This document shows positions 30,460 through 40,327 of a stretch of DNA of 64,000 bases, piece after piece. Origin of the DNA: Syntrophaceae bacterium UBA2251. GTDB taxonomy: Bacteria; Desulfobacterota; Syntrophia; Syntrophales; UBA2251. The first letter of the stretch is position 1. Each line of letters starts with the position of its first letter. Location: the NCBI GenBank assembly GCA_002347815.1, contig DDXV01000018.1, forward strand, positions 9,581 to 73,580. Direction: 5' to 3'. The notes under the pieces were generated by a model. That model was not told the origin of the DNA. It made no database searches and was given only the letters and a program-made list of their open reading frames with translations. Both the position numbers and the translations under genes were made by a program.

Positions 30460-31302
30460 TCACCTCCATCGGGCCCGGATGACCCGTTCCCTGCCGCCGT
30501 AGTCCTTCCTCCGGACGATGTCCGTGTATCCCGCCTTCTCCAGGGCGGCGGTCAGACGCCCGCCCTGTCCCTCGCCCATCTCCAGGCAGAGCCAGCCGCC
30601 CGCCTTCAGGTACCGCCCCCCGTCCGCGATCAGGCGGCGGTGCACGTCCGTCCCGTCCGGCCCGGCGAGCAGGGCCAGTCGGGGTTCGCAGCGGACCTCC
30701 ACCGGCAGGCCGTCGTACGACCCCTCCGGGATGTAGGGCGGATTGGAGACGACAAGGTCGAACGGCCCCCGCACCGGTTCGAACAGATCCCCCGCCATCA
30801 GGGCGATACGGCCATCGACGCCGTGGCGCCGGGCGTTGACGCGCGCCAGCGCGAGGGCGTCCGGGGAAATGTCCGTGGCCGCGATCCGGGCGCGCGGCAG
30901 CTCCGTCGCCAGGGCGATGCTGACGGCGCCACTGCCGACGCCGACCTCCAGAATCCTCGGATCCGCCGGCAGGGAGGAGGCCAGGCGCAGCACCTCTTCC
31001 ACCAGGATCTCCGTCTCCGGCCGCGGCACGAGGACCTGCGGGCCCACCGCCAGCGGCAGCGACCAGAACTCCTTCTCGCCCGTGATATAGGCCACCGGCT
31101 GCCCCCGGCGACGGCGGCCGACCCAGCGGGCAAAGCGGCGGCGGCGATCGGGAGGCACCTCCCGCTCGGGATGAATGTAAAATTCGCTCCGGTCCGTCTG
31201 CAGACAGGCGGCGAGGAGCACCTCGGCGTCCAGACGGGGCGTCGGGAGGCCTTCCTGCGCGAAGGTCCGGGTGGTCCGGTCGATGAGCCCGCGAATGTTC
31301 AT
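30460..31302 (-). CDS. prmC: release factor glutamine N5-methyltransferase
   Basis: EVGVGSGAVS SAM-binding motif and VVSNPPYIP. Immediately downstream of prfA. Confidence 0.9.
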   Translation of the reverse strand: MNIRGLIDRTTRTFAQEGLPTPRLDAEVLLAACLQTDRSEFYIHPEREVPPDRRRRFARWVGRRRRGQPVAYITGEKEFWSLPLAVGPQVLVPRPETEILVEEVLRLASSLPADPRILEVGVGSGAVSIALATELPRARIAATDISPDALALARVNARRHGVDGRIALMAGDLFEPVRGPFDLVVSNPPYIPEGSYDGLPVEVRCEPRLALLAGPDGTDVHRRLIADGGRYLKAGGWLCLEMGEGQGGRLTAALEKAGYTDIVRRKDYGGRERVIRARWR

Positions 31303-31307
31303 GATCG

Positions 31308-32378
31308 TCAGCCTGCGGACTGTTTGAGGGCTTCCGTCTGGTAATGGGTGTTCAAGGCCTCGAGGACCTCCTCGATGTCCCCGTCCAGAAAGCCCTCCAG
31401 ATTGTAGAGGGTCAGGCCGATCCGGTGATCCGACACCCGCCCCTGCGGGTAATTGTAGGTCCGGATGCGTTCGCTCCGGTCACCGCTGCCCACCATGATC
31501 TTCCGGGCCTCGGAGATCTCCGCGTTTTGCCGGGTCACCATGCCGTCCAGCAGCCGCGCGCGGAGAACCTTCATCGCCTTGGCCTTGTTCTTGAGCTGGG
31601 ATTTCTCGTCCTGGCAGGTGACGACGAGCCCCGTCGGCAGGTGGGTGATCCGGACGGCGGAATCCGTGGTGTTGACGCTCTGCCCGCCGTGACCGCTGGA
31701 ATGGTACACGTCGATCCTCAGATCGTTGGGATCGATCTGAACCTCCACCTCCTCCGCCTCCGGCAGGATGGCCACCGTGACGGCCGACGTGTGGATCCTC
31801 CCCTGGGCCTCGGTGACGGGCACGCGCTGGACCCGGTGGACCCCGCCCTCGTACTTCATCCGGCTGTAGGCGCCCGCCCCCGTGATGAGGGCGATGATCT
31901 CCTTGAAACCGCCCATGCCGCCGGCCGGGGTGCTGCTGACGACCTCGATCCTCCAGCGGTTGCGCTCGGCGAACCGCGCGTACATCCGGAAGAGATCGCC
32001 GGCGAAAAGCCCCGCCTCGTCGCCGCCGGTCCCGGCCCGGATTTCGAGGAAGACGTTCCGGTCGTCGTTGGGGTCCTTCGGCAGCAGGAGCCGCTTCAGG
32101 CGCTCTTCCAGTCCGTCGAGGGCCTCCTTCAGGACGGGGAGCTCCTCCTTCGCCATGTCCCGGATGTCCTCATCCGGTCCCCGGAGAAGCTCCTGATCCT
32201 CACGGATCCGGGCCTCCGTTTTCTCGTAGAGGCGGAAGGCCTCCACGAGTTCGCGCAGATCCGCATGCTCCTTGGCGTGGCGCTGGTAAACGGCCTGTTT
32301 CGCGATGACCTCCGGATCGCTCAGCAGACGCTCGAGTTCCTCGTAGCGGCTTTCAATCTCCTTGATCCGTTTGAACAT
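31308..32378 (-). CDS. prfA: peptide chain release factor 1
   Basis: [24 protein letters not shown] (GGQ motif) and an RF1-type domain 2. Confidence 0.95.
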   Translation of the reverse strand: MFKRIKEIESRYEELERLLSDPEVIAKQAVYQRHAKEHADLRELVEAFRLYEKTEARIREDQELLRGPDEDIRDMAKEELPVLKEALDGLEERLKRLLLPKDPNDDRNVFLEIRAGTGGDEAGLFAGDLFRMYARFAERNRWRIEVVSSTPAGGMGGFKEIIALITGAGAYSRMKYEGGVHRVQRVPVTEAQGRIHTSAVTVAILPEAEEVEVQIDPNDLRIDVYHSSGHGGQSVNTTDSAVRITHLPTGLVVTCQDEKSQLKNKAKAMKVLRARLLDGMVTRQNAEISEARKIMVGSGDRSERIRTYNYPQGRVSDHRIGLTLYNLEGFLDGDIEEVLEALNTHYQTEALKQSAG

Positions 32379-32531
32379 GGTCGTTCCCTGCGGCGCATCC
32401 GGACGGCACCGGTCGGAACCGGTCCCGCGCGAACGCCCGCCCTATCCGGCAAGGCCGGAGCGCGGACGCTTCCGGGCACGCCGAAGAAAAGATGTCGGGA
32501 TGGAATGCAACGCCGGGGTCAAGGGAAACCG

Positions 32532-32555
32532 CCCGCCCGGAATCGTCCGGGCGGG
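32532..32555 (-). terminator. GC-rich hairpin in the rpmE-prfA spacer (weak terminator candidate)
   Basis: 9-bp stem CCCGCCCGG / CCGGGCGGG with a 6-nt loop. Only a short T tract (CGGTTTCCCTT) follows on the minus strand. Confidence 0.35.
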
Positions 32556-32684
32556 GTGGAGGTGTCGTCGAAAGGGTGCACACCGGATAGGGCCGTAACA
32601 ATGCGCCTTCACCGCGCCTTTCCTGAGATTCGTTCCGATCGGGGGCAACGGATGGACGTTTCGGCCCCCGCACGGGGCAGCGGA

Positions 32685-32897
32685 TTATTTCTTCCCGCCC
32701 GTGCCGGCGTATTTCTTCTTGAACCGCTCCACGCGGCCCTCCGTGTCGACGATCTTCTGCTTGCCCGTCATGAACGGATGGCACTGGGAACAAATTTCGA
32801 TCTTGATGTCCTTCTTCGTGCACCGCGTTTCGATGACATTCCCGCAAACGCAGGTAATGGTCGTTTCCTGATAGTCTGGATGGATCCCTTCCTTCAT
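32685..32897 (-). CDS. rpmE: 50S ribosomal protein L31 (Zn-ribbon type)
   Basis: MKEGIHPDY..., with CxC and CxxC cysteines (CVCGN, CSQCHPF). Confidence 0.95.
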   Translation of the reverse strand: MKEGIHPDYQETTITCVCGNVIETRCTKKDIKIEICSQCHPFMTGKQKIVDTEGRVERFKKKYAGTGGKK

Positions 32898-32977
32898 GAC
32901 TGTTTGCCAGCCTCCTTCCCGATTGTCCCCGCCCCGGGGCGGACCGTCTCGCCGCCCCGCGCGTGCACAGGGGGCGC

Positions 32978-33005
32978 ATTATAGCCATCTCGAAAAAAAA
33001 TACAA
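32978..33005 (-). promoter_or_regulatory. candidate sigma70-type promoter of rpmE
   Basis: Minus strand reads TTGTAT (33005-33000), a 16-nt spacer, then TATAAT (32983-32978). Confidence 0.45.
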
Positions 33006-33026
33006 GTCTTTTTGTCGTCTTGGCCC

Positions 33027-34274
33027 TTACTGGTTCATGGAATCCAGGAATTCCTGGTTCGACTGGGTCTTGCGGACCTTGTCCACGATGAATTCGATCG
33101 CGTCGACGGGGTTCATCTCCTGGAGGAGGCGCCTCAAGATCCAGACCCGGTTCAGGTTGGCCTTCGGGGTCAGAAGCTCTTCCTTCCGCGTTCCGGAACG
33201 GATCAGGTCGAAGGCCGGAAAGACGCGCCGGTCGGCGATCCGGCGGTCCAGATGCAGCTCCATGTTGCCCGTGCCCTTGAACTCCTCGAAGATGACCTCG
33301 TCCATCCGGCTCCCCGTGTCGATCAAAGCCGTGGAGATGATGGTCAGGCTGCCGCCGTTCTCGATGTTGCGCGCCGCCCCGAAGAAGCGCTTCGGCTTGT
33401 GCAGGGCGTTGGAGTCGACGCCGCCGGAGAGGACCTTGCCGCTGGGGGGGACGACGGTATTGTAGGCCCGGGCCAGCCGGGTGATGCTGTCCAGGAGAAT
33501 CACGACGTCCTTCTTGTGCTCGACCAGGCGCTTGGCCTTCTCGATGACCATCTCGGCGACCTGGACGTGGCGCGAGGCGGGCTCGTCGAAGGTGGAGGAG
33601 ATGACCTCTCCCTGGACGCTCCGCTGCATGTCCGTCACCTCTTCGGGCCGCTCGTCGATCAGGAGCACCATCAGGATGACTTCCTTGTGATTGGCGGAGA
33701 TGCTGTGGGCGATGTCCTGCAGGAGCACCGTCTTGCCGGCCCGCGGGGGCGACACGATCAGGCCGCGCTGTCCCTTGCCGATCGGCGTGAACAGGTCCAT
33801 GACGCGGGTGGAGTAATTCTCCGGATTCGATTCCAGGTTCAGTTTCTCCTGAGGGTAGAGGGGCGTCAGGTTGTCGAACAGGATCTTGTCGCGCGCGGTC
33901 TCGGGGCTCTCGAAATTGACCGTATCCACCTTGAGAAGGGCGAAATACTTCTCCCCCTCCTTGGGCGGCCGGACCTCGCCGGAGATCGTATCGCCCGTGC
34001 GGAGGCTGAAGCGGCGGATCTGCGAGGGGGAGATGTAGATGTCGTCGGGGCTCGGCAGATAATTGTAATCCACGGCCCGGAGAAACCCGAAGCCGTCGGG
34101 CAGGATCTCGAGGACGCCCGCCCCGTAGATGACGCCGTTCTTCTCCGCCTCGGCCTGGAGGATGGCGAAAATGAGGTCCTGACGCCTGAGCCCCCCGGCC
34201 CCGGGGACGTTGAAGTCCTTGGCCATGTCGGTCAACTGGCTGATCGGCAAACGCTTGATTTCATCGATGTTCAT
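33027..34274 (-). CDS. rho: transcription termination factor Rho
   Basis: [14 protein letters not shown] (RNA-binding domain), Walker A PPRAGKT, and [31 protein letters not shown]. Confidence 0.95.
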   Translation of the reverse strand: MNIDEIKRLPISQLTDMAKDFNVPGAGGLRRQDLIFAILQAEAEKNGVIYGAGVLEILPDGFGFLRAVDYNYLPSPDDIYISPSQIRRFSLRTGDTISGEVRPPKEGEKYFALLKVDTVNFESPETARDKILFDNLTPLYPQEKLNLESNPENYSTRVMDLFTPIGKGQRGLIVSPPRAGKTVLLQDIAHSISANHKEVILMVLLIDERPEEVTDMQRSVQGEVISSTFDEPASRHVQVAEMVIEKAKRLVEHKKDVVILLDSITRLARAYNTVVPPSGKVLSGGVDSNALHKPKRFFGAARNIENGGSLTIISTALIDTGSRMDEVIFEEFKGTGNMELHLDRRIADRRVFPAFDLIRSGTRKEELLTPKANLNRVWILRRLLQEMNPVDAIEFIVDKVRKTQSNQEFLDSMNQ

Positions 34275-34644
34275 ACGGATTCCTTCTTCATTGTCAAATT
34301 GCTCTTCCCGTCAGGACGGTCTTTTCCCGCTGTTTCCGGCACCGCCCCGCGCGCTGAAACACAGCGACACGGCGGTCATCATTCTCAATGCAACGAAATC
34401 ATATGGAAGATCTGGGATGGAACCGGGTTGCCAACGCGAATTCTGGGATTATTCCATGAGGGAAGGACTTCGCACCAACCGTTCAAAGTTGAGCTTCCCT
34501 TACCCCATGCCCCCGGTCGTGTCAAGATTTTTTTCAGGCGGCCCCATGTCCGCTCAGGCAGATCCGGCGGACATCCCGGACGCGGTCTCGCCGCCGGATT
34601 CCCGTTTTCGCGGGAAGGGCCCCCTGCCGAGGGATCCGGACCCT

Positions 34645-35526
34645 TCAGCCGGCGCCCGGCGCCCCGTCCATCAGGAGAAAATTGAAGTGCCGCCCGGTTT
34701 TTCCGCCGCTGCCGCGGTGCGAAAAGAAAAGGTCCGGCCGGCAGGCGGTGCACAGGTTCGCCGCCGCCACCCGGGACGCCGGCACGCCCGCATTCCGGAG
34801 CTGCAAACGGTTGGCCAGGGCGAGATCGAGCCTCCAGTGGCCCGGCGTCTCCCGGGGAGAGAAGATGCGCTCCAGGCCGGGAAGACCGGCCATCGCCTCC
34901 CGGACGCGGTCGTCCACCTCATAACAGCACGGACCGATGGCCGGACCGATGGCGGCGCGGAGGTCCTCCCTCCGGCAGGAGAACCGCGCCTCGAGCGCGG
35001 CGCAGACCTGTTCCACGATGCGCCGGGACGTCCCCTGCCAGCCGGCATGAACGGCCGCGATCACCCGCCGGACCGGGTCCGCGATCAGGACCGGCACGCA
35101 ATCCGCCGTCTTGACGCCGATGGCGATCCCCGGCCGGTTTGTAACGATCGCATCACGGCGGGGCGCGTCTTCCCCGGCGTCTCCGCCGCCGGACACCGGC
35201 ATCGATTCCGCGTCGTCGATCACCCAGACCCGGTTGCCGTGCACCTGGCGGACGGTCAGGAAGCGCTCCGGCGCGATCCCGAAGGCCCGGGACAGGGCCG
35301 CCCAGTTCGCCCGGACGTTTTCCGCCTCGTCCCCCTGGTGGAAACTGAAGTTGAGGCCGGAGAAGCACCCGCCGCCGCTCCCGCCCCGGCGGGTGGAGAA
35401 GGCGTGCCGGAGGGACGGGATCTCCGCCAGGAGATCGGCTTCGAACACGCTCAGGCCGCCGCGGCGCCGGATCCGGAAGCCTTCCCCGGGTGCGCCCGGG
35501 CCCGCCGCCCCCCGCGCCGGGCTCAT
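34645..35526 (-). CDS. pgeF: PgeF/YfiH (DUF152) laccase-domain purine nucleoside phosphorylase/peptidoglycan editing factor
   Basis: VHGNRVWVID, TADCVPVL, AVHAGWQGT, CCYEV and C-terminal FFSHRG motifs. Confidence 0.85.
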   Translation of the reverse strand: MSPARGAAGPGAPGEGFRIRRRGGLSVFEADLLAEIPSLRHAFSTRRGGSGGGCFSGLNFSFHQGDEAENVRANWAALSRAFGIAPERFLTVRQVHGNRVWVIDDAESMPVSGGGDAGEDAPRRDAIVTNRPGIAIGVKTADCVPVLIADPVRRVIAAVHAGWQGTSRRIVEQVCAALEARFSCRREDLRAAIGPAIGPCCYEVDDRVREAMAGLPGLERIFSPRETPGHWRLDLALANRLQLRNAGVPASRVAAANLCTACRPDLFFSHRGSGGKTGRHFNFLLMDGAPGAG

Positions 35527-36536
35527 CGCGCTCCCCCCGGATGCGGGGCGCCGTTGCCCGGGTCGGGCGCGGCGCCCCCGGCGGCCTTTTCCAGAAACGC
35601 CGTCAGCTCCGCCATGTCCGGCGGAAGCGGCGCGCTCACGCTCAGGGGCGTCCCGGTCACGGGGTGGACGAAATCGAGGCGGGCCGCATGGAGGGCCTGG
35701 CGCTTCATCGCCTGGAGCCGGGACCGGAGGACCGGATCGGCCACGCCCCGGACCCTTCCGGTCCCGCCGTAGACGGGGTCCCCGACGACGGGATGACCGA
35801 TGGCGTTCAGATGCACCCGGATCTGATGGGTCCGGCCGGTCTCGAGGGACACCTCGAGGAGGCTCACGGCCCCGTAGCGCCGGACCACCCGCCAGTGCGT
35901 CACCGCCGGCTTGCCCCGCCGGCCCCGGACGGACATCCGCTGGCGCTCCCGCGGATGGCGGCCGACGGGCAGGTCGATGCGGCCCGCGTTTTCCCGGGGC
36001 GCGCCCCAGACCAGCGCGAGGTAGGTCTTGCCGATCTCGCGCCGCTTGAACCGGTTGACCAGTCCCGCGTGGGCCGTGTCCGACTTGGCGACGACGAGGA
36101 CCCCGGACGTGTCCTTGTCCAGGCGGTGGACGATTCCGGGTCGCAGGACCCCGCCGATCCCGGAGAGATCCCGGCAGTGGTGGAGAACGGCGTTCACCAG
36201 GGTGCCCCCGGCGTGCCCGGGCGCCGGATGGACCACGAGGCCCGCCGGCTTGTCCAGGACCAGCAGGTGCGCATCCTCATAGAGAATGGACAGGGGGATG
36301 TCCTCGGGGAGGGCCTCCGCTGCGGCGATGGGGGGGCGAAGCAGGACGACGGTCTCGCCGGCCTTCAGCTTCCGGCTGACCTTCGGGGCGGCGGCGCCGT
36401 CGATCGAGACCCGGCCCCCCTCGACGAGGCGCTTGACCTGGGAACGGGACAGCGACGACGCCTCCGTCAGGAACAGGTCCAGGCGGGCGCCGTCCAGGGA
36501 CGGGGGAACGGTCCAGGTCTCGATGGTTTTATCCAT
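35523..36536 (-). CDS. rluD: RluA-family 23S rRNA pseudouridine synthase (RluD-like)
   Basis: N-terminal S4 domain, HRLDKDTSGVLVVAK catalytic motif and GRTHQIRVH. Confidence 0.9.
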   Translation of the reverse strand: MDKTIETWTVPPSLDGARLDLFLTEASSLSRSQVKRLVEGGRVSIDGAAAPKVSRKLKAGETVVLLRPPIAAAEALPEDIPLSILYEDAHLLVLDKPAGLVVHPAPGHAGGTLVNAVLHHCRDLSGIGGVLRPGIVHRLDKDTSGVLVVAKSDTAHAGLVNRFKRREIGKTYLALVWGAPRENAGRIDLPVGRHPRERQRMSVRGRRGKPAVTHWRVVRRYGAVSLLEVSLETGRTHQIRVHLNAIGHPVVGDPVYGGTGRVRGVADPVLRSRLQAMKRQALHAARLDFVHPVTGTPLSVSAPLPPDMAELTAFLEKAAGGAAPDPGNGAPHPGGAR

Positions 36537-36602
36537 GGCGTGGGTCCCGGCGGGCCGCCGCCCATCCGGGGCGGCTTCGACGGCGGCCGCGCCCGCGACG
36601 GG

Positions 36603-38075
36603 TCAGGGGTTCATGCCCGGCTCGTGCGGCCGAACGGGGAAAAGGGTTCTCAATCCATCGCGGATCCACCCCAGTTCCTCCTCCATCAGGGTCCGCACGT
36701 CGAGGAGAACCGCGTCTTCGGCGATACGGGCGATCACCGGCGTCGGCAGACGCCTCAGCCCCTCCTCCAGGCGGGCGGCGGACAGGGATCGGGGCCTCAG
36801 GGCGACGAGCGCCGTCGGGATCTCCTGGGTCGGCAGCGAACCGCCGCCGGTCATGGACACCCCCGCCTCGAGGGAGAGGTCCAGGCCGGCCAGCCCCGTC
36901 CGGCGCAGGAGCCGGAGCAGGCGGTGCGCCCGCTTCTTCACGTCCGGCAGGGGCTCCGTCAGGGCCTTGAGGACCTGCAGCCGCTCACGGGCCGCGTCCG
37001 GATCGAGATAGTGGATGAGCGTCGCCTCCAGGGCCGCCAGGGTCAGTTTGTCGATCCGGAGCGCCCGGTTCAGGGGGTTCTTCTTGATCCGCCCCAAAAT
37101 CTCCCTTCCCCCGAGGATGATCCCCGCCTGCGGACCGCCCAGCAGCTTGTCCCCGCTGAACGTGACGACGTCGACCCCCGTCGCGAGGACGTCCTGGACC
37201 GTCGGCTCGCGCATGAGGCCGAAATGCGCAAGCCCGATCAGGCAGCCGCTCCCGAGATCGTCCAGAACGGGCACGCCGGATCGTTTGCCGAGGGCGACGA
37301 GCTCGCCCAGGTCCGCCTCTTCCGTGAAGCCGACGATCCGGAAATTGCTTGTATGGACCTTGAGGATCAGGGCCGTCTCCGGCCCGATGGCCCGTTCGTA
37401 ATCGGCCAGGCGGGTGCGGTTCGTCGTGCCCACCTCCCGGAGCCGGCCGCCGCTCTTCTCCATGACGTCGGGAATCCGGAATTCCCCGCCGATCTCGATA
37501 AGCTCCCCGCGGGAGACGATGGCCTCCCGGCCGAAAGCCAGGGTGTTCAGGACCAGCAGGACCGCCGCCGCGTTGTTGTTGACGACGAGGGCGTCCTCGG
37601 CCCCCGTCAGGGCGCACAGCCGCTCCCGGACATGATCGTAGCGAAGCCCCCGTTCACCCTTCTCCAGATCGAATTCCAGATTGCTGTAGCCCCGGCTGAC
37701 CGCGACGATCCGTTCGACGGCCTCGGGGCACAGGGGCGCCCGTCCCAGATTCGTGTGGAGGATGACGCCGGTCGCGTTGATCACCCGTCGGAGGCGGTAG
37801 CGGTGGAGGTCTTCGAGGCGCGTCATGACCCGGGCGGCCACCTCCTCCGGCCTCGGCAGGCGCAGGGCCTCCGGTCCGCCGCGCTTCCCGGACGACGTCT
37901 TGCCCGGCCCTTCGACGTCCACGATCTCCGCCCGCAGATCGGCCACCGCCGCCCGGCACGTCTCAAGGATCAGCTCCCGCGGGGCCAGCGCGGGCGCACC
38001 CTTCGCTTCGAGCAGGAGCATCAGCGCATCGATCTTGGGCAGTTCCCGCAACAACGCCTTTTTCCGTTCATCCAT
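36603..38075 (-). CDS. selA: L-seryl-tRNA(Sec) selenium transferase
   Basis: INATGVILHTNLGRAPL, and FSGDKLLGGPQAGIILG carrying the PLP lysine. 490 aa. Confidence 0.9.
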   Translation of the reverse strand: MDERKKALLRELPKIDALMLLLEAKGAPALAPRELILETCRAAVADLRAEIVDVEGPGKTSSGKRGGPEALRLPRPEEVAARVMTRLEDLHRYRLRRVINATGVILHTNLGRAPLCPEAVERIVAVSRGYSNLEFDLEKGERGLRYDHVRERLCALTGAEDALVVNNNAAAVLLVLNTLAFGREAIVSRGELIEIGGEFRIPDVMEKSGGRLREVGTTNRTRLADYERAIGPETALILKVHTSNFRIVGFTEEADLGELVALGKRSGVPVLDDLGSGCLIGLAHFGLMREPTVQDVLATGVDVVTFSGDKLLGGPQAGIILGGREILGRIKKNPLNRALRIDKLTLAALEATLIHYLDPDAARERLQVLKALTEPLPDVKKRAHRLLRLLRRTGLAGLDLSLEAGVSMTGGGSLPTQEIPTALVALRPRSLSAARLEEGLRRLPTPVIARIAEDAVLLDVRTLMEEELGWIRDGLRTLFPVRPHEPGMNP

Positions 38076-38196
38076 TCCGCCACCGTCCCCGAAATCGCCA
38101 ACTCATGGCTTCATGAAGATTCCTCAACCCGTCCGCCAACCGCACGGAGGACAAGGTCTCCGGCACCCGCAAAAACACAAAACACGGACAGGCCCC

Positions 38197-39459
38197 TCAG
38201 ACCGGCCCGGCCCCGTTCCGGCAGTCGTCGCGGAAGTTGTTCACGGCGATGAAAAACTCCCGCATCATGATCACCCACAGGTAACGCCCGGCCGACGTCA
38301 GGCGGACGACCGGGGCGCGGTACCGCAACCCGCCGGCCGCGCCGAAGGCGAGCAGGGGGAACCAGAGATGCCGCCAGATCGCCGGTCCGTACTTCTTCTT
38401 GAGCCCCCGGATATCCAGGGTCATCCCGAACAGCTGCATGAGAAAGTCGTACCGGATCCGGTCGCGCCGGGAAAAGGCCCGGGCGGCAAACAGGGGGATC
38501 TCGCCCCGCTCAACCTGCGCGATGTAGTCGGGAATCCGGAAGGTGTTGGCGTAGCAGGTCCCGTCCAGATAGCCGATGGAACCGCTTCCCAGACCGGCGT
38601 ACTCCGCGTAATCGACGATGTACTCGTCGATCAGGGACGGCTGGCGGGAGAAGCACCAGGCCGAAGACAGGCGGTACATCGGCGGAAGACCCTTCACGAT
38701 CTCACCGTAATAGCGCCTTTCCCGGCTGTAACGGACACGCCCCAGGGTCCGGCTCACCTTCCGGCGCGTGGCATCGGAGACCATCAGCGGGTACCAGGTG
38801 ACCTGGTCCACCCCGAGCGACCGGATCACGGCGAGGTCCTCCGCGAGCATCTCCGGCGTCTGGGAGGGAAAGTTGAAGATCATGTCCGCGTTGAGCGTAT
38901 CGAAACGCCCCGCGATCTGACCCAGGCGGCGGCTGATGGCCTCGCCGCTCCCGTACTTCGCGTAGCGCTCCATCTGCCTCAGGAGCGGATCCTGAAAACT
39001 CTGCACCCCCACGGACAGGCGGTTCACCCCGGCGTCCTTCAGGAGCGCCAGGGTCTCGTCCGTCAGGTGGTTCGGATTCGTTTCCACCGATATTTCACGA
39101 ATGTCAAAGGACGCGCGGGCCAGGGCCAGCGTTTCGCCCAGTTCGCCCGGCAGGACCGTCGGCGTCCCGCCGCCGACGTAGACCCCGCCGAAGTCGTAGC
39201 CGCGCTCGGCATAGAGGCGGATCTCCCGCCGCAGGGCGCGAAAGTACGCCCGGCAAAGGTCCGGTTCGAACACCACCCGGTTGAAGGAGCAGTAGGGACA
39301 GAGCTGCTCGCAGAAGGGGATATGGAGGTACAGCAGACGGGGGGCGGACCGGTCCCCGGGGGGGAGGTCCACCGGCCGGCCCGCTTCGAAATGCATGGCC
39401 CGGGAAAATTCCCGTCGGGCGACGGTCGTGATGAGGGACGGGACAAACGGCAAGGTCAT
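38197..39459 (-). CDS. HemN/HemW-family radical SAM protein (oxygen-independent coproporphyrinogen oxidase-like)
   Basis: Start trimmed to MTLPFVPSL (CAT 39457-39459). YLHIPFCEQLCPYCSFN (CxxxCxxC), VGGGTPT and a HemN_C-like tail. The remaining upstream ~250 codons of the 671-aa track ORF overlap def antisense. Confidence 0.85.
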   Translation of the reverse strand: MTLPFVPSLITTVARREFSRAMHFEAGRPVDLPPGDRSAPRLLYLHIPFCEQLCPYCSFNRVVFEPDLCRAYFRALRREIRLYAERGYDFGGVYVGGGTPTVLPGELGETLALARASFDIREISVETNPNHLTDETLALLKDAGVNRLSVGVQSFQDPLLRQMERYAKYGSGEAISRRLGQIAGRFDTLNADMIFNFPSQTPEMLAEDLAVIRSLGVDQVTWYPLMVSDATRRKVSRTLGRVRYSRERRYYGEIVKGLPPMYRLSSAWCFSRQPSLIDEYIVDYAEYAGLGSGSIGYLDGTCYANTFRIPDYIAQVERGEIPLFAARAFSRRDRIRYDFLMQLFGMTLDIRGLKKKYGPAIWRHLWFPLLAFGAAGGLRYRAPVVRLTSAGRYLWVIMMREFFIAVNNFRDDCRNGAGPV

Positions 39460-39472
39460 GATCGATCCGCTC

Positions 39473-39500
39473 TCCGGAACGGCGCGCTCCCCGTTCCGGA
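39473..39500. promoter_or_regulatory. perfect 10-bp inverted repeat in the radical-SAM/def divergent region
   Basis: TCCGGAACGG (39473-39482), 8 nt, then CCGTTCCGGA (39491-39500). On the minus-strand RNA the 3' arm runs into GGAGAG, 10 nt before the radical-SAM ATG. Confidence 0.45.
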
Positions 39501-39714
39501 TGTTTGAAGGCTGCGTGCTCACGCGGGGCCGCAAGGGTCCCCGGCGGCGAAGGCCCGCACCGGCCCGCGGGGGAACGGGAGATGAAGGCCGCGTCCGATA
39601 CGTAGCAGACATCCTCCCGATGATCAAGCGGATTCGCGCGGTCCCGGCCCGCTTGAATTCCGTCCCCAAGGGTGATATAGGGCGGCCGGTTGCATGCAAA
39701 ACACGGAGAATCCC

Positions 39715-40278
39715 ATGACGGAAAGAAAGATCCTGACCCTCTGGTCGGACGATCACTGGAACGAAGCGGAGGCGAAACGCCTGCGGGAGCCCTGCGAGGA
39801 GATCCCCATCCCCCTGGACAAGGCCGCCCGGGAGGACATCCGCGCCCTGACGGACGCCTTTCTGGAGCGGGACGACGCCCTGGGGCTGGCCGCCCCCCAA
39901 ATCGGGATCGGCCGCCGGGTCATCATCTTCAAGAACAAGCATTTCGATGAAAAGGGCCGGCCCGCCGGCGACAAGGATTACGACGTTCTCGTCAACCCCC
40001 GCATCACCCAGACGCGGGGGGAACCCGTCCGGGGCGCGGAGGGCTGCCTGTCCTGTCCCGAGATCCAGGTCGAGATCGAACGCCACCCGGAAATCAAGGT
40101 GCGCGCCTGCGACCGGGAGGGGCGCAAGATCAACAAGCGCTACACCGACTTTGGCGCGCGCGTCGTCCAGCACGAGATGGACCACCTGGAGGGCATCCTG
40201 ATCGTGGACCACGAGGGAACCGTGCTGGTGCCGCGCAAGAAGCGGGCCTTCTTCGAGAGCGTCCTTTCCAAAAAATAA
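39715..40278 (+). CDS. def: peptide deformylase
   Basis: GLAAPQIG, EGCLSCP and QHEMDHLEG motifs. The ATG at 39715 follows GGAG; the track start at 39694 is also possible. Confidence 0.85.
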   Translation: MTERKILTLWSDDHWNEAEAKRLREPCEEIPIPLDKAAREDIRALTDAFLERDDALGLAAPQIGIGRRVIIFKNKHFDEKGRPAGDKDYDVLVNPRITQTRGEPVRGAEGCLSCPEIQVEIERHPEIKVRACDREGRKINKRYTDFGARVVQHEMDHLEGILIVDHEGTVLVPRKKRAFFESVLSKK

Positions 40279-40327
40279 TCCGCATTGATTTTCGGAAAAA
40301 AACGGGGCGGGGACGGCCGGGGGCCGG

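Noticed and set aside
36537-38196. tRNA-Sec (selC) or SECIS near selA
   Set aside because: The spacers flanking selA contain no T-arm-like GGTTCGA motif or long-variable-arm tRNA structure that I could see.
35490-38252. 920-aa + strand ORF
   Set aside because: It is antisense to rluD and selA, both of which have clear catalytic motifs on the minus strand.
39460-40212. N-terminal ~250 codons of the 671-aa track ORF 38197..40212
   Set aside because: The radical-SAM homology begins at MTLPFVPSL (39459). The upstream part overlaps def antisense and has shadow-ORF composition.
40279-40327. Bidirectional terminator between convergent def and the ABC permease
   Set aside because: The TTTTCGGAAAA-like sequence cannot form a hairpin with a viable loop, and the rest is G/C runs without a clear stem.
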